A stretch of DNA of 64,000 nucleotides from Psammoneis japonica (lineage: Eukaryota). The notes beneath the pieces are model-generated. The model searched no databases, had not been told where the DNA came from, and saw only the letters and a program-made list of their open reading frames with translations. A program made the translations under genes and the position numbers. This document shows positions 49,029 to 61,880 of the stretch, piece by piece. The stretch spans positions 62,001-126,000 of the forward strand of contig QPGO01000155.1 of NCBI GenBank assembly GCA_008632985.1, written 5' to 3'. Each line of letters starts with the position of its first letter. The first letter of the stretch is position 1.

Positions 49029-49868
49029 CTAGCGGCGACTCATGATCCTTGCGGATCTACGCACGACACGCCCAGCATTAGATGGAACAAAGACACTGCC
49101 AGTGACTGGACGGAGTCTGGGCGAGCGTCTCAATGGGACAAGTTGGGTTTGTTTCTCCTTGTTTCTCACCATCGTAGCAACAGGAACAGCACCCTCCTCT
49201 GCCACTGGATTGTCGTCAACAGCCACATCTGCAACATCCAATGCATTGTCAGTCTCCTCGGCTGCAGCTCCAAGAACGACTTCCTCTTCCTTGCATGCAG
49301 CAATGGCAGGATCATGTGTGGTGTTGGCAGCAGCAGCGGCAGCAGGGGCAGCTTCTTCAATGTCAGCAATGGGAGTGATCGCCTCTCCATCAATTGCTGC
49401 ATCACCCACTTCCACTGCAGGATCGTCCAAGGCTTCAACGACAGGCTCCTCTGCTGCAGCAACAGGAACGTCCACCTCCGCATCGACTGCTGCGTCGTCA
49501 ACCGTCAACAATCTCACGGCAGGCTCGTTCAAGGCTTCCCAAGCCTCTTCAACAAAACTGTCAGCTTCAGGAAATGCTTCCTCTCCAGCATTTAGATTGT
49601 TGTCCGCATCCTCAGCTGGCTCCACATCCAAAACATCCAAGGCATCCTCAGCAATGGGGTCATTGTCCGCAGCCTCAGCGGGTCCAATGGCCGCTGGAGT
49701 CCGCACCCAGCCACGCCAGTGATCACACCAAAGATCAGAGTTCCAGCAATGAATGCTTTCTTCTTGGCCCTCATCAAATTCAAGCACAGCTGCAGCCAAC
49801 TGCTCATCATTCAACACGGGTTTCACACGGGTGCAACGTGTGCATCGAAGAACACGTTTGGCAGGCAC
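49029..49868 (-). CDS. Acidic Ala/Glu/Asp-rich ORF with C-terminal RRSPRL/RRSARI motifs, inside a TpA-depleted repeat
   Basis: 279-aa ORF with biased composition and no Tyr. Its 5' part (~49696-49810) is duplicated at ~49992-50110. Confidence 0.4.
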   Translation of the reverse strand: MPAKRVLRCTRCTRVKPVLNDEQLAAAVLEFDEGQEESIHCWNSDLWCDHWRGWVRTPAAIGPAEAADNDPIAEDALDVLDVEPAEDADNNLNAGEEAFPEADSFVEEAWEALNEPAVRLLTVDDAAVDAEVDVPVAAAEEPVVEALDDPAVEVGDAAIDGEAITPIADIEEAAPAAAAAANTTHDPAIAACKEEEVVLGAAAEETDNALDVADVAVDDNPVAEEGAVPVATMVRNKEKQTQLVPLRRSPRLRPVTGSVFVPSNAGRVVRRSARIMSRR

Positions 49869-50274
49869 GCGGGTTGGGGCTGGAGGAATGTCGCCAATGT
49901 GAAAGTGTCTTGAGCCATCATTTGGTCAGGTTTCCACCTGACATGTCTTTCTGCTGGAACAGCAAGAGCCTTGGCCAGTTCCATGGCCACTGGAGTCCAC
50001 ACCCAGCCACGCCAGTGATCACATCTTGGATGCGTGTGACACTCGCGAATGCACCGGTCTTGTTTCCCGGTCAAACTCAACCAGCGCTGCAGCCAATCTC
50101 TGATCATCCAATGCGGGCATCATGTGGGTGCAGCAAGGGATTTGAAGAATTCTTGGAGCAGTCACGCTGGTTGGATTGGGAGGAGCATCACCAACGCAAC
50201 GGTTCTTGAGCATCGCTGGTCGGGTTTCCATCTCACATGACCGCAACCAGACAGTTTGTGCTTCAAGAGCAGCA

Positions 50275-50893
50275 GCCATGGAGACACAAACTGCAAGGGA
50301 ACACAGATGGCATGACACATGGTCCACACAACCACTGCAATTGCGAGAGTGGCTGCAACCGCATCGCACGCCCGATCCCAAAGAAGAGTCGTCAGGTCGT
50401 CAATTTCCACAATTCGGCGGTGCAGAAAATGGACACAGCACATGAGCAAGGAGAGCTGTGCAGACTCCTACAATGAAGGATGCCAGTTCTTCAATCATGC
50501 AGTGAATCCCGTCAATTGCAGTGCATGAGAACATCTGAAGTTCCCAAAGAAAGCCGCTGACGATTCGGCCGTGGTTCTGCTTGCCATGGAGACACAAACT
50601 GCAAGGGAACACAGATGGCATGACACATGGTCCACACAACCACTGCAACTGCGAGAGTGGCTGCAACCGCATCGCACGCCCGATCCCAAAGAAGAGTCGT
50701 CAGGTCGTCAATTTCCACAATTCGGCGGTGCAGAAAATGGACACAGCACATGAGCAAGGAGAGCTGTACAGACTCCTACAATGAAGGATGCCAGTTCTTC
50801 AATCATGCAGTGAATCCCGTCAATTGCAATGCATGAGAACATCTGAAGTTCCCAAAGAAAGCCGCTGACGATTCGGCCGTGGTTCTGCTTGCC
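50275..50893. repeat. 308-bp near-perfect tandem duplication
   Basis: gccatggagacacaaactgc at 50275 and 50583. Only a few differences, including gctgtgcag vs gctgtacag. Confidence 0.95.
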
Positions 50894-51584
50894 GTGAAAT
50901 GTGTGCAGCAGAAGATTCATAAAGAGTGTGATTAGTGCAATGTATGCAATCATAATGGGGGTAATAGTATCAGAAATGATAGATTGGTAATAACAGGGTT
51001 TGTTGCAACAACACTTGAAATTATTGTGTGGTGAGGTGTGAGCGAGACGTTGTCGCTCGTTGTTGCGGCTGGCCACATTCGTGAATGCGTAGAAACTATA
51101 CTGGATAAGCCTGTAGAAAATCCGTCGAGTCCCGCTTACGATTTTCGATTTCGCGGGATGTTGGCAGGTTTGCATCGGGTTAGAACTACTCGTACGACTG
51201 CCGGCAGGGCTCTAGCTAGCTACCGTTATGGAAGAGGTGAAAACAATCAGACGCCGAGACTGATGTTGGATGTATCCAAAATGAATATATCTACTTTAGA
51301 GCTGATATATACAATGACACCCTGTGTTACTTCGACAGAGCTTATTTTGGTGCAGCAGTGCTGCGCTTAAGACATTCGAAAGCACTTTGTAAAGATCGCC
51401 AGTCAAAAAGGACTGTAGTCTGCAGATTTTCAACGGCAGTGCGATGCGGTCGACAAGGAATCGCCAGAACTATCCGAACCGTGGTGTCAGCTTGCGCCGG
51501 TTCCGTGACGGTGATACCACCTGTGTCTCAAGTCACGCTGAGTGAGCCTTGCAGTAAATCTTCGCCTTTCCGCTCTGTTGCTGA

Positions 51585-53417
51585 TCACAGTCGAGAATCA
51601 TAACAGAGCCCTCCAACGTCATCTTCTACAACGTTCCCAATCATGAAAATGTATTTGATGCACAACAGAATCCCCGACAGAAGTAAGACACCGCCAACAG
51701 TAAACGCAATGAACGACTCTCTTTTGAGCTTAATCCCATTGATCTTGTCCCTTTTCATTCTTTTCATTGATATCTTCCCAAGGAGAGAAGCCCCAAACCC
51801 GATCACCGTACAAACCACGGCATAGTCCCAGTGAATCAATCCAAAGACCGCATACGATGCCGTAGAAGCGGCAGCAGTGAATAATATCATGCACGAAGAA
51901 GTTGCGGCGGCAACCTCCGGATGTACACCATTATCCAACATTATTGGTACGGTCAACATTCCACCCCCAATACCTAGGATTCCTGCCATGAACCCCGTGA
52001 GAAGAAATAGAAAGCAGAGGAACGCCCCGTGCGTATCCCATCGAACGTCGCCAATAACAAAGTCGTAATTGGCCAATTCCTTGATTTCGTGCCGATTTAC
52101 AACATAAACATGAGCCGCCCACGCAAAGGCAAGCAACGTTGAAACCGTGACCACATGCACCATCCAAAATAGCATACTACCGCATCGTATACCCCATGGA
52201 CTAGGGAAAGCTCCGCCACCCAACATTGCGTTGAAAAAGACAGCCAAAGCAAAAATGCCACAAATGGCCATAATTTTATACCTCGGAGCAAATTTTTCTT
52301 CTTCCGTCATCTCGGTCAACAGCGCAGACTCTCTTGTATCTTGACTATTATTCATTTGTTGGTCATTCTCCTGTCCTCCCAGTTCTGCTGCGAAACCTTC
52401 AAATGCTTGCATTGCCTGACGAGCCAACGCGATAGCTATGTAGTCCGTCCATTGATCCCCAGATGCTTCTACCGAAAGATTCCCATCGTTTTCTTTGAGT
52501 TGAGCAATGTACTCGCGTTCGGCATTGTAAATTTTTCGGCCCTTTTTAAGAGTGCGATATGACACAGAAGCTAAAAGTACCACAAGCAAGACCAGCAGAA
52601 CTTTGTTGCTCATGATTTGATGAAGAATGGTACCCGATAGTGTTCCAACCAGTATCACCGGTAGCATGACAATGATAATGTCCCAGTCAATTATTGGTCG
52701 ATCTGCCAGTGGGTGCCGTATTTGACTATTGAAAAGAGTTGAGGCCACGGCTGCTCCAAGAACAGTAACAGCGGTGAGAGGACTCGCGATGCTAGCTGGC
52801 ATATTCATAATCATTAGAAAAATGGGCAAGATCATTCCTCCTCCGCCAACGCCACCTGCCGAAGCCAAAATGACGCAAAGAAAAGTCAATGCAAATCCCA
52901 GATATTCGTTTCCCGTCACAGGTAACAAGGTGAGAACAGGATCCTCGGGGAATGCATAGAAATCGTCGTTGATTACTCCGTCTTCATCATCGTCTTGGAC
53001 AACTTCTTCAGCCCCCTCATATTCTTCGCCACCATCATTTTCGCAGTTCACGTCTTCATATTCTTTCTCTTCATCCTGATCGGCGTCTTCCAAGATACGA
53101 TGATACAAGATTGGTCTCCGGGAGTTATCAAGCATGCCCTCGTGAGTCGCCCCGGCATTTCGGGCTCGAGTTTGAGTTGGTAACGAGAATGCAATCATCA
53201 CAACCCCAGAGAGTGCCATGAAGGCAGTCAAGATTGATATCAGCCGTATCCGTTGGCTTCTACTGACACTGCAGTCCATTGAAGGATGTTCGTGATCAAT
53301 GCCATGGCGGGGTTCAAGCGGCCCCGCCTTCATCGTCGTTGATCTTGGGATTGTGTTCATTCGTGGCTCGTGGCGGAGTGGCCCGATGACGTATTTTTTG
53401 GAAAATTCAATGATCAA
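51585..53417 (-). CDS. Sulfite exporter TauE/SafE (TSUP) family membrane protein
   Basis: ASAGGVGGGGMILP, RHPLADRPIIDWD, GILGIGGGMLTVP and HPEVAAATSSCMILFT motifs; multiple TM helices. The true start may be a downstream Met. Confidence 0.92.
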   Translation of the reverse strand: MIIEFSKKYVIGPLRHEPRMNTIPRSTTMKAGPLEPRHGIDHEHPSMDCSVSRSQRIRLISILTAFMALSGVVMIAFSLPTQTRARNAGATHEGMLDNSRRPILYHRILEDADQDEEKEYEDVNCENDGGEEYEGAEEVVQDDDEDGVINDDFYAFPEDPVLTLLPVTGNEYLGFALTFLCVILASAGGVGGGGMILPIFLMIMNMPASIASPLTAVTVLGAAVASTLFNSQIRHPLADRPIIDWDIIIVMLPVILVGTLSGTILHQIMSNKVLLVLLVVLLASVSYRTLKKGRKIYNAEREYIAQLKENDGNLSVEASGDQWTDYIAIALARQAMQAFEGFAAELGGQENDQQMNNSQDTRESALLTEMTEEEKFAPRYKIMAICGIFALAVFFNAMLGGGAFPSPWGIRCGSMLFWMVHVVTVSTLLAFAWAAHVYVVNRHEIKELANYDFVIGDVRWDTHGAFLCFLFLLTGFMAGILGIGGGMLTVPIMLDNGVHPEVAAATSSCMILFTAAASTASYAVFGLIHWDYAVVCTVIGFGASLLGKISMKRMKRDKINGIKLKRESFIAFTVGGVLLLSGILLCIKYIFMIGNVVEDDVGGLCYDSRL

Positions 53418-53629
53418 CTTAAGATACCAGTATGAATTATCTTATAATAACCGTTCGATTTTTATATGTGTATGCAATCATAAGGGTTAAAGGTATGATA
53501 TGAAAAAGCCAGCCGCTCCCTCAAAATTCCAAAATTGCGACAGTGACGTCGAAATGATGCCGAAGACGCGATGCATGAGATAGAGCTGGGAGAGTGCGGA
53601 GAGCATGAGCGAACAGAACAGCAAAGACA

Positions 53630-54911
53630 ATGTCCACGACAACAGCGAGAGAGGACGCCATCTTGTCGACTGCTCTCCAGAACAAGAATGATAGTGATTG
53701 CCTCGTATACTTGACGTTGGGTGATGGCGACTTTTCGTATTCGCATGATCTTGCACGCTACTTTCATGAGAACAATGAATCGAGTTCAACAAAGATCGAA
53801 TTGATTGCAACCGGCTTGGATTCTGAATCTCAGTTAACGTCAAAATATCCACACTCCTTCGATTTATTGGAAAAGATGGATCGATTATCAAAATCGTCAC
53901 GAAAGGATAGGTTGTTGAGTAGCAGTATAGAAAGCACAATTCATCATGCAGTGAACGCGCTGCACGCACCGTCGAGTCTCTCAGGAGTGAGAGCCGACCA
54001 TGTCATTTTCAATCATCCTCATTTGGGAATCGAGGACGCTCAGTTACACAAACGATTCCTGTGTCATTTGTTTCATGCTATACGTCAAGCATGGATGAAG
54101 AGTGGCGGTGTCTTTCATCTCACTCTTTTGAAGGGCCAGTTCGAGCGTTGGGAATGTCACAGTGGCGCAAAACGACAAGCTTTGCAACTGCTAGACAGGA
54201 GACCCTTTGTTCCGCCTCCCTGTACAAATCCTCAATTTAGGCATAGACGAAATGTAACTGGAAAGAGCTTTGCTACAATTGGATCAAGCGAAACTTTCAC
54301 TTTTGGGATCCAAAATAACGATCGGGATGACGATTTAGAGGCTCGTCTGTTGCCATGGCAACTAGAAAACGTCGCAGTAAAGGAAAACGGCGTACCAAGT
54401 AATGATATTTTCCAGTGCTCTTATTGCGAGAAGTCTTTTCGAGAAGAAAGATCCCGACGCCAAGAAGCGCAAGCATTCAGAAAGCAAAGTTCCCCTGGAA
54501 TGTGACGTTTGCAAATCCATTGGGATAAGAAGAATATTTGCACATTCGCAAGGCTTGGAAGACCACAAACGCGCAAAGCACATGGGTTTACATTCCAGCA
54601 TACCGCCAGACCGCTTAGTGGCGACATCCAAGCACAGCCAAGACACGGAATGCATTCTCCGAGAAGACGAGGTTACCGCCAAAGCCGCCAACCCTGCCGT
54701 TTGTCTTTCTGTACTTACCTCGTGTAAAATTTGTGGCCTGGTATATAGAGGCAACATGAATGAGAATTCTCATCTAGAACAATTTAGTCAGGCGGCGAAA
54801 CCATCAGGAAACGAGAGTCCGCCTCAATGTCGGTTCTGTAAGAAACAATTTCGAGAGAAACGTGCTCAGTATCAACATGAGAACTTTTGTAGTATGGCGA
54901 GGAACTCCTAG
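53630..54911 (+). CDS. BMT5/DUF2431 (25S rRNA uridine-N3 methyltransferase-like) domain plus C2H2 zinc fingers, frameshift near 54450
   Basis: LTLGDGDFSYS and VIFNHPHLG motifs. Zinc fingers CSYCEKSF, CDVC...HKRAKH and CRFCKKQF...QHENFC lie in two overlapping frames. Confidence 0.82.
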
Positions 54912-55099
54912 CTAAAGAAATAAAGCAGGATATCCGTCATCTAATTAAAGACAGGAGGATTCCCTTCTGGAACAACTAGTTGAATGGCAATTGTCAGTTC
55001 GAGTTTCTTTTGAAGCACGAAGAGTTTTATTTTCGTGCTCCCATTCTGAAGAGGTCTTTTCTCTCCGCATCAACCCGGGCCGCCATTTTCGATTGATGA

Positions 55100-58000
55100 C
55101 CACATCTCTTGATAATTGGGCCAATCTATTCCTTGCTCGCCATTTGTTTTCTTCCCCTGCAACAAGCAAAATGTGATTACCTTTGTTGCGGATGCATGTG
55201 CTTCCGACTGCAACAAGCGATGCCAAGCCACCTTCATTGTGGTGCCTGGCACCAAGCCAAACAAAAGCCCAGCTCCCAGCAGCAGCATGTTAATTGCAAG
55301 CACTGGCTGGGCCAGGTGAAAGTCCCCACCCCCCCTCCAACATTGACAAACAGCAACACCCCAAATTTGCAGTGACGTTCCACCCTTGTGGGTCAATTTT
55401 GGGATGGCAAGGTGTGTGCATGAGACCTTTTGGAGGACCACCTTTTTTCATGGCCACTTGTGCCAGATCCTTCAGTTGTTCAAGATGACCAGTGCAGAAT
55501 GGGGTTTTCTGCTTGAGCTGGCAGGAAGTGTGCTTTGCATCCACGCCAGCAAACAAAATGGATTGGCTCTTGAGCAGCTCTGTGGTGCAATGCACTGGTG
55601 CTGCTGCAAACAAGGCAGAACAGCTCAACAATGTTCAACATTCTGTTGATGCTGTCCTGCTCAGAGGCAGACTTGAGAATGAACGTCAAAGACATTTGGC
55701 GGGGCATTGTGTGGCCAATGATGAGTGCACAGGCCAGAGGATTGTGTTGTTGTGAGCAGCTGAGATTCTCAGCATCTTTCCACCATGCAGCACCTCAAAA
55801 GCCACACCATTGCTGGGGAAATGGGTTGCTGGGAGGGTGGCTGCTGAGCTGTTGCTGGACAACAAGAAAATCAATGTCAACAAGTCTGCTGTGCAGCTTG
55901 CCCCCATTTTCAAATGCTCTCGGTTCCGCGGTGTTTGGCTGTGTCTCCTTTTGAGAGGCTGTGAAGACCCCCGTGCACTTGGGGCCAAATCTTTGTCCTG
56001 ACATGTGCTTGCACAATGGCCTGTGCAAAAAAAGCAGATGGCAGATGCACAACATTGGATGGCAGCTGCCAAGGCTTGCGCAAATGTGGTCATGGAAGCC
56101 AGGCATCCTGTGGCCACACAAGCAAACTGTGCAATGAAGCAGAGGCTCCGAGGGTGTTGCTGCAGAGATGGCTTGAGCAAAGCCACCCATTGTGGCCAAA
56201 ATGCCAAAAATGGAAAGTGTTGTCAAGACAATCAAAGGACAAGAGAAATCAACATGCAACAATGGCTGGAGCAACAAGCCACCCATTGTGGCCAAAAAGA
56301 CCAAACTGCAAATTGTTGCCAGTGCAAATGAAAGTGGAGGCAGGCATTTGCCCAGGAACATTGGTGTTCAGGGGAGGGGACACAGCAGAGCATGCAAAAT
56401 GTTGAGTTGAACAGATCAAGTTTCATCAATGCAAACCTGTTTTAACAATGTGTTCTCCAGTCATTTGATCTTCACAATCTTGTTTTTTCCCAAAATGGAA
56501 GCTCTCAAACTTGAAAAGGAATTTGCGCGCTTCCAACATGCAAAATCCAGAAATGTTGGACAGCACAACCTGCACAATGATGAGTGCCAAACCACCACTG
56601 GCTCAACACATGAGCCAAGCTTTTCTTCCAACTGAGTGCACATCACCACACCACAATGCACAAACGCAAAGAATCTTTTGCCACAGCATTTCATGTTGTG
56701 ATGGAGAAATGGCAGATGCTTTGAAGCATGTTGACTCATGCACAAATGCTGCCATCATTTGCAAGTTGCATTGGGAGCAAAGCAAAAGATCTTGAACTCC
56801 TTGCAAATGCTTTCTTCAGCAACACAATTTGTCAGTCCTCTTTGACCTCCTTTTGCTGGGATCACAATGAGATGGACCAGCTGCTGGCGGCGCATGTCTC
56901 TTGATGATTGCTTCTTTCAAGCACACAACCAAAAGCAGCTGTCAACAACCACACAACTGCCAAATTTTTGCAATGTGAGATGGGCCACCCCCAATGAATT
57001 GTCAGCTGCAGTGCGCTTTCACCCATTTTCTGCTCTTGTTCCAGAAGGAGCTGAGTCAACTTGCTGAATGTCTTGAGTGCATCAAACACATTGTCCAAAC
57101 ATCTTGCACCAAAGTCGTGGAATGCTGTCACATTGTGTCCTCTCAAAGTGTCAGCAGATGGAGCAATGACACTCAAATCAGAATTTTCATTGCCATCTGC
57201 TGATGATGCAGTGGTGGTGGTGGCTCCAAGATTGAACTCTTGATCAGATGCTCAAATCACACCAAGAAAAAGAACAGGAAATGAAGCTTTTTTTGCCACA
57301 AAAGTGTCTTGTTTCCATGCTGGTTCTCAATCTTTGTGCCCTTTCTAAAACTCTTCACACTCTCTGCAGCTGCTTCTGGAAACTTGTTGCAGATGGGAGC
57401 TTGTTGTCTGCAAGTCATCTCCCAAAAAAGCACACTGCAGCTGTGCCTTGCAGACCAATTGCAACAAGCAAGAATGAAACATGACAGCAACAATGAAATT
57501 TTTTCAGCACTTGTGCTGCAGAGTCTTTTGGGCTCCTTGCCTTGATTTTCAATTTTGTGAAGTTCTGCAACATTGAGGTTGTCCCAAAACAAGCCATCAA
57601 GCATTTCCCCAAGTTCTGCTGCTCTGCAGAAGAAGCCTGGCAAGCAACCAAAAATGCCTTTTTTCTTCTCTTTTTGAGATCTGTGATTTAAGAATCACAC
57701 TTTGAGCAGCCAATGCATTTTGCTTTGTTGCCCTTTCTGCAGTGCTCTGCCAATCATGTTGTCACACAAAAGCTGCACAAGCTCCAACAACTCTGCAAAC
57801 ACTTTGAGATTTGCAAATGGCATCATCTTGTGCAGAGATTGCAGGTGCCAGCTGTTGCCACAGTTGGCGTTTGCACCATCAAGTCTCAGTCATTTTTTTG
57901 GTGATGGGTCATTGACTCTGTCATGTCTGTCATCCTCATCACTGTGCTGCTCTCATTTCCCAAAGCACCAGAACTTGCATTTGACTGTGTGCACCAAAAT

Positions 58001-61000
58001 CACATGCAACTCATCTGCCACCAACACAGTGTCCTCTGAGACTCAAAACTCCAGCAATTTTCTGTGCTGTCATTTGTCCTCAGATGCAAGTGCAGCAGCT
58101 TCTTTGCTCACTGTGCCTTTTGCCCAAGAAGCCTTCCAGCCAGCCTCCTGCCAGGCTTCAACATCGCCAACTCAACACAGTCACCAGCTGCTCTTGACAC
58201 TCTTCTCTGCACCCAAAACATTGTTCTGCAAATGCACAAAGGTTAAAGAGTCATTCTTTGTGCTTGAGCACAATTTCAGCAGCTTTTTTGCAACCACCCG
58301 CTTTGGCTCAGTGGGCACCAAAAGTCCAGCAAATGGCTGGGATGGGTGTGCCAGCATTTTGAATTTGCTGTGGTGTTTGGAGATGATTCCTCCACTGATG
58401 GTGGCAAGTGGTCACAAGGACCTCCACAACAGCACACAGAAGAGTGTGACAGAGATGCTGTTGTCATGGTCCTCAAAATGGTGGTGTTTTCTGGAGAAGA
58501 GTTGTGCAACAAAGTTTGCCATCATCAGGGGCCTTGTCAGTGGATTGCAGGTGCTTTGTGTTTTTTGTTCATTTTCTTGTGCTGCTCCTTGGCGCATCAC
58601 CACAGTGCACTAAATGTGCTGGCAAACACAGGTGTGGTGGGCGATGCATCCTCCAAGGAAGCAGGCTTTGCATCTCAACTGCATTTGTCAGCGGGCACAA
58701 AATGATCAATTGAGCAATGTTGTTCACACCCAAGTTCTGTGTTGACTTGTGATGCTGCAAGACCAGCAAAAAACTCTGCTCTCGCACAATTGGTGCAAAT
58801 GTGACAGCAGGGTTCACAGGTGGATCATGTTCTCAATTGTCAGTCCTTGTGGCCATTTTTGTTCATCTTGAGCTTTGCATCATTGTTTGCTGGAGTCGCG
58901 TTTTCTAACGTGCACTTCTGCAGGAGGATCAGCGTTGCTGTGGACAGCCTGCATGGATGCAGAAAGGTGGCATCATTGACAGCTGTGGTGGGAATGCCTG
59001 CTGCACTTGCCCCTGCAACAAGGTTGAAGCTGCGAGCAGCAGAAGGTCCTGCTGCTGGCACTGGCTGACAATGGCATGAGCAGGACAACCCCCGTCAAAC
59101 AGCCCTGATCCAACTGACCACAAAAGCAGAGCACCAAGTGCCCCAACCCTGCTCCCAGCTTGGAGTCCAGAGCTCCAATGCCAACAAAGAACAAATGATG
59201 GGTTGCAAATCAGAGACACAAAGACCACCAATGCCCTCCTTGTCTGAAGCTCATGCCATTGACAAGGGCCGTTTGTGAGCCCAAGTTGGAAATCTCTGTT
59301 TTGCTTGGTGTCACTTGAGAAGGTTGAGAATCAAACACATGAAGTCACTGGGGGAGTCAAGACCCCATGATGGGTTGCAAATCAGAGACGTGAAGACCAG
59401 CGTCCCGGGCCTGTGAGGCTCATGTCACATTGATGCAGAACCCTTGTGGGACAAGGTCAGAAATCTCTGTTTTGCTTTGTGTTGTTCAAGAAGGTTGAGA
59501 ACCAAACCCACGGAGTGTTGCCAAGAGAGTCAAGACCCAAGTTTTGATTTTCTTCCAAAAGATGGGGGCAGATCTGTCCTTCTTTTTGCTCAAACATCCT
59601 TGGCTTGATTAAAATTGAAATGATGGCTTTCTTTCCATGCTGCAGTTTTGCTTCTTCTTGCACTGATTGCTTTGCTGCTCATGATTCACAGCACATTTTA
59701 CAGTGTCACAACTTTGCAGGAGGGGCAAAATCATTCTGAAACTGCAGGCTTGGTCATCTGTGAGCACCCAACCCAGTGGTTGGATCGGGCAAGAGTGCCT
59801 TGCGGTTTTCCTCTGTGCACTTGATTGCACACAACTTTGGATTTGGGGCAATGGGGCACGTGTTGATTGGCAAGAGCATTGACCAGCTCAAGGGCTTCTC
59901 TTTGGAAAAGCAGTGCTTGAAGCAAAACCTCATCGGGGTTCTTCCACCAGTCAAACTGAGAAGCAAAAACAACTGACTCCAGCCAGTCCAGCAAATTTCT
60001 GTCCTGTGCCATGTGTTCTCGGCACTCACCACTTTTCATCAGAAGGACTCCACACGTCCAGAGTGATGCCTGATGGATGGCAATGCAGTGCAAACATGAG
60101 TTTTGCAAAAAGGTTGCAGATGTGGACAAGCAACGGGAACGGATTTTCTTGCCCTTGTTGTCTCTCCATTGTTCTCGTCAGTGCTTGTGATCTGCCTGAC
60201 CTGTTTTCGAGTGCACTCCATCAACTCCTTGATGCCTTTCATCCATCTTTTGTTTTCTTGGCTTTTGCTTTTCGATTTCACCAGGTTCATGACGAGGCCT
60301 TGATGCGCGACATTGTCGAACTCATGTCTCCTTGAGTTCGCTGCTTGTCTGCCTCGCATCTGTGAGGGAATGCCACGCTGTCATTTTCCTCTGACCATCT
60401 CTTCAATGAGTGGTTCAGCAGCCACTGTCATGACATGTTGAAAGAACCAAGTGGAAGCAGCAACTCGAAGCATCTGAACCTGAAACACCGCGGAAGGTCA
60501 CATGAGCATGTGCATCCCGAATCTCAATGATTGCCTCTGCAACGCCACCGTTCTGAGTCCGTTGATGCTTTCGACCAGCAGATGGCACTGAGACCAACAT
60601 GGATGGTTCAACCGGATGCCTCTGCCACTCACAACCCGTTTCGTCATGGTGCGAGTGTCGGTGTGTTCTTTGTGTGTGCTGCAGTGCGCATGGTGTGGTG
60701 TGTGTGAAGACGAAGGGGGGAGGGAAGAAATCTGGACTTCGGAGCTCGCACCTTGCTGAATTTGGCCGACATCATCGGGGGACGTCACTGGTGTTCGCAT
60801 GAATGTTTTTTCACATGTAAAAAAAGAAGCCGTCAGTTTTCCCGCCACATTTTCAAAAAAAAATTGAAACGTTCGTGAATTTCGCATCCACTTTTGCTCA
60901 TTGTTGCACGAAGCACACAAAATCTCTGTTCAACCTTTTGAAACAAAGCACTCTCTTGATTGCCATGGTTGCGTCAGCTCTCTGCCAAAGGTGAGTCGAT

Positions 61001-61880
61001 CGTCTTGTTCTCGTTGCGAGTTGGATCTTCTGGAGTTAAGTCATTGAATGTCGTCCGCACATGATTGCCATGTGGACCTGAAGGCTTGGGTCCTTGACGG
61101 TTTTCCTCTGTGCATTTGATTGCGTGTGTCTTTGGAAGTCGGTTCGAGGCGAAATGACGATTGCCTGTCAAAGTGGTCCGTGGTTCCGATGGAGATGCAC
61201 CGCGATTGCCAGCAAACTCGCTTCTTGCGTGTGCGCTGAATGCTTGCAAACGTCCAATGCAGCAGTGACCCGGTGCCAACCAACGCACTTTTTAGTGCAA
61301 TGGTTGTTTGAGCAGGAACCACATGAGGGCCAGCCCCTGCTTTCTTTTTTTGAGTGCATGCTGAACGCCTGCGGATGTCGTGGACTAAGATGGTGTGCCA
61401 GATGCCCTGAAGGACAGCCTTTTTCATGAAGGTTGCAAGGTGGTTCAGACCGCTTGAGTTGCTCATTGAGCGTCTCATGTCTGCACCCCTGCAGGTTTGA
61501 TGCTCCATGGGTCACCGGCCCGTTGTGTCAGCTGTGTTCTCCATGTCCCACAGCGTTTGAAGATCTGTTTGCATTGTTCATTTGTGTTGATCTGCTTGCT
61601 GAGTTGTGCTTTATAACTCACACTCTTTTTCAGATTCTGATTTCCATTTGGACAGACAACATGAATGGAGATGTGCAAGAAGGAGGAGCCACACATCACC
61701 CACAGTCGCTTCAACGGTTGCCAGTGATGTTGTCAGGACAGTGGCATTCGAATGGCCCCCATGTGGGTTTGTGGTCATCCCGCCGCTTGGAGGAAGACAA
61801 GGCGCTGAGTCGGATCGACAACGCGGTTTTCCTCGCGCTCCAACTATCGTTCATTCAAGGCACTCGGCTTTGAGGCATGT
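55100..61880. mobile_element. Old TpA-depleted (mostly also CpG-depleted) repeat block, unclassified
   Basis: Same composition as 240-8920. Internal short duplications (atgatgggttgcaaatcagagac at ~59194/~59367; cggttttcctctgtgca at ~59803/~61098). No termini found. Confidence 0.5.

Noticed and set aside
49042..50209. + strand Ser/Ala- and Gln/Pro-rich ORFs
   Set aside because: Antisense shadows of the acidic minus-strand ORF in stop-depleted DNA.
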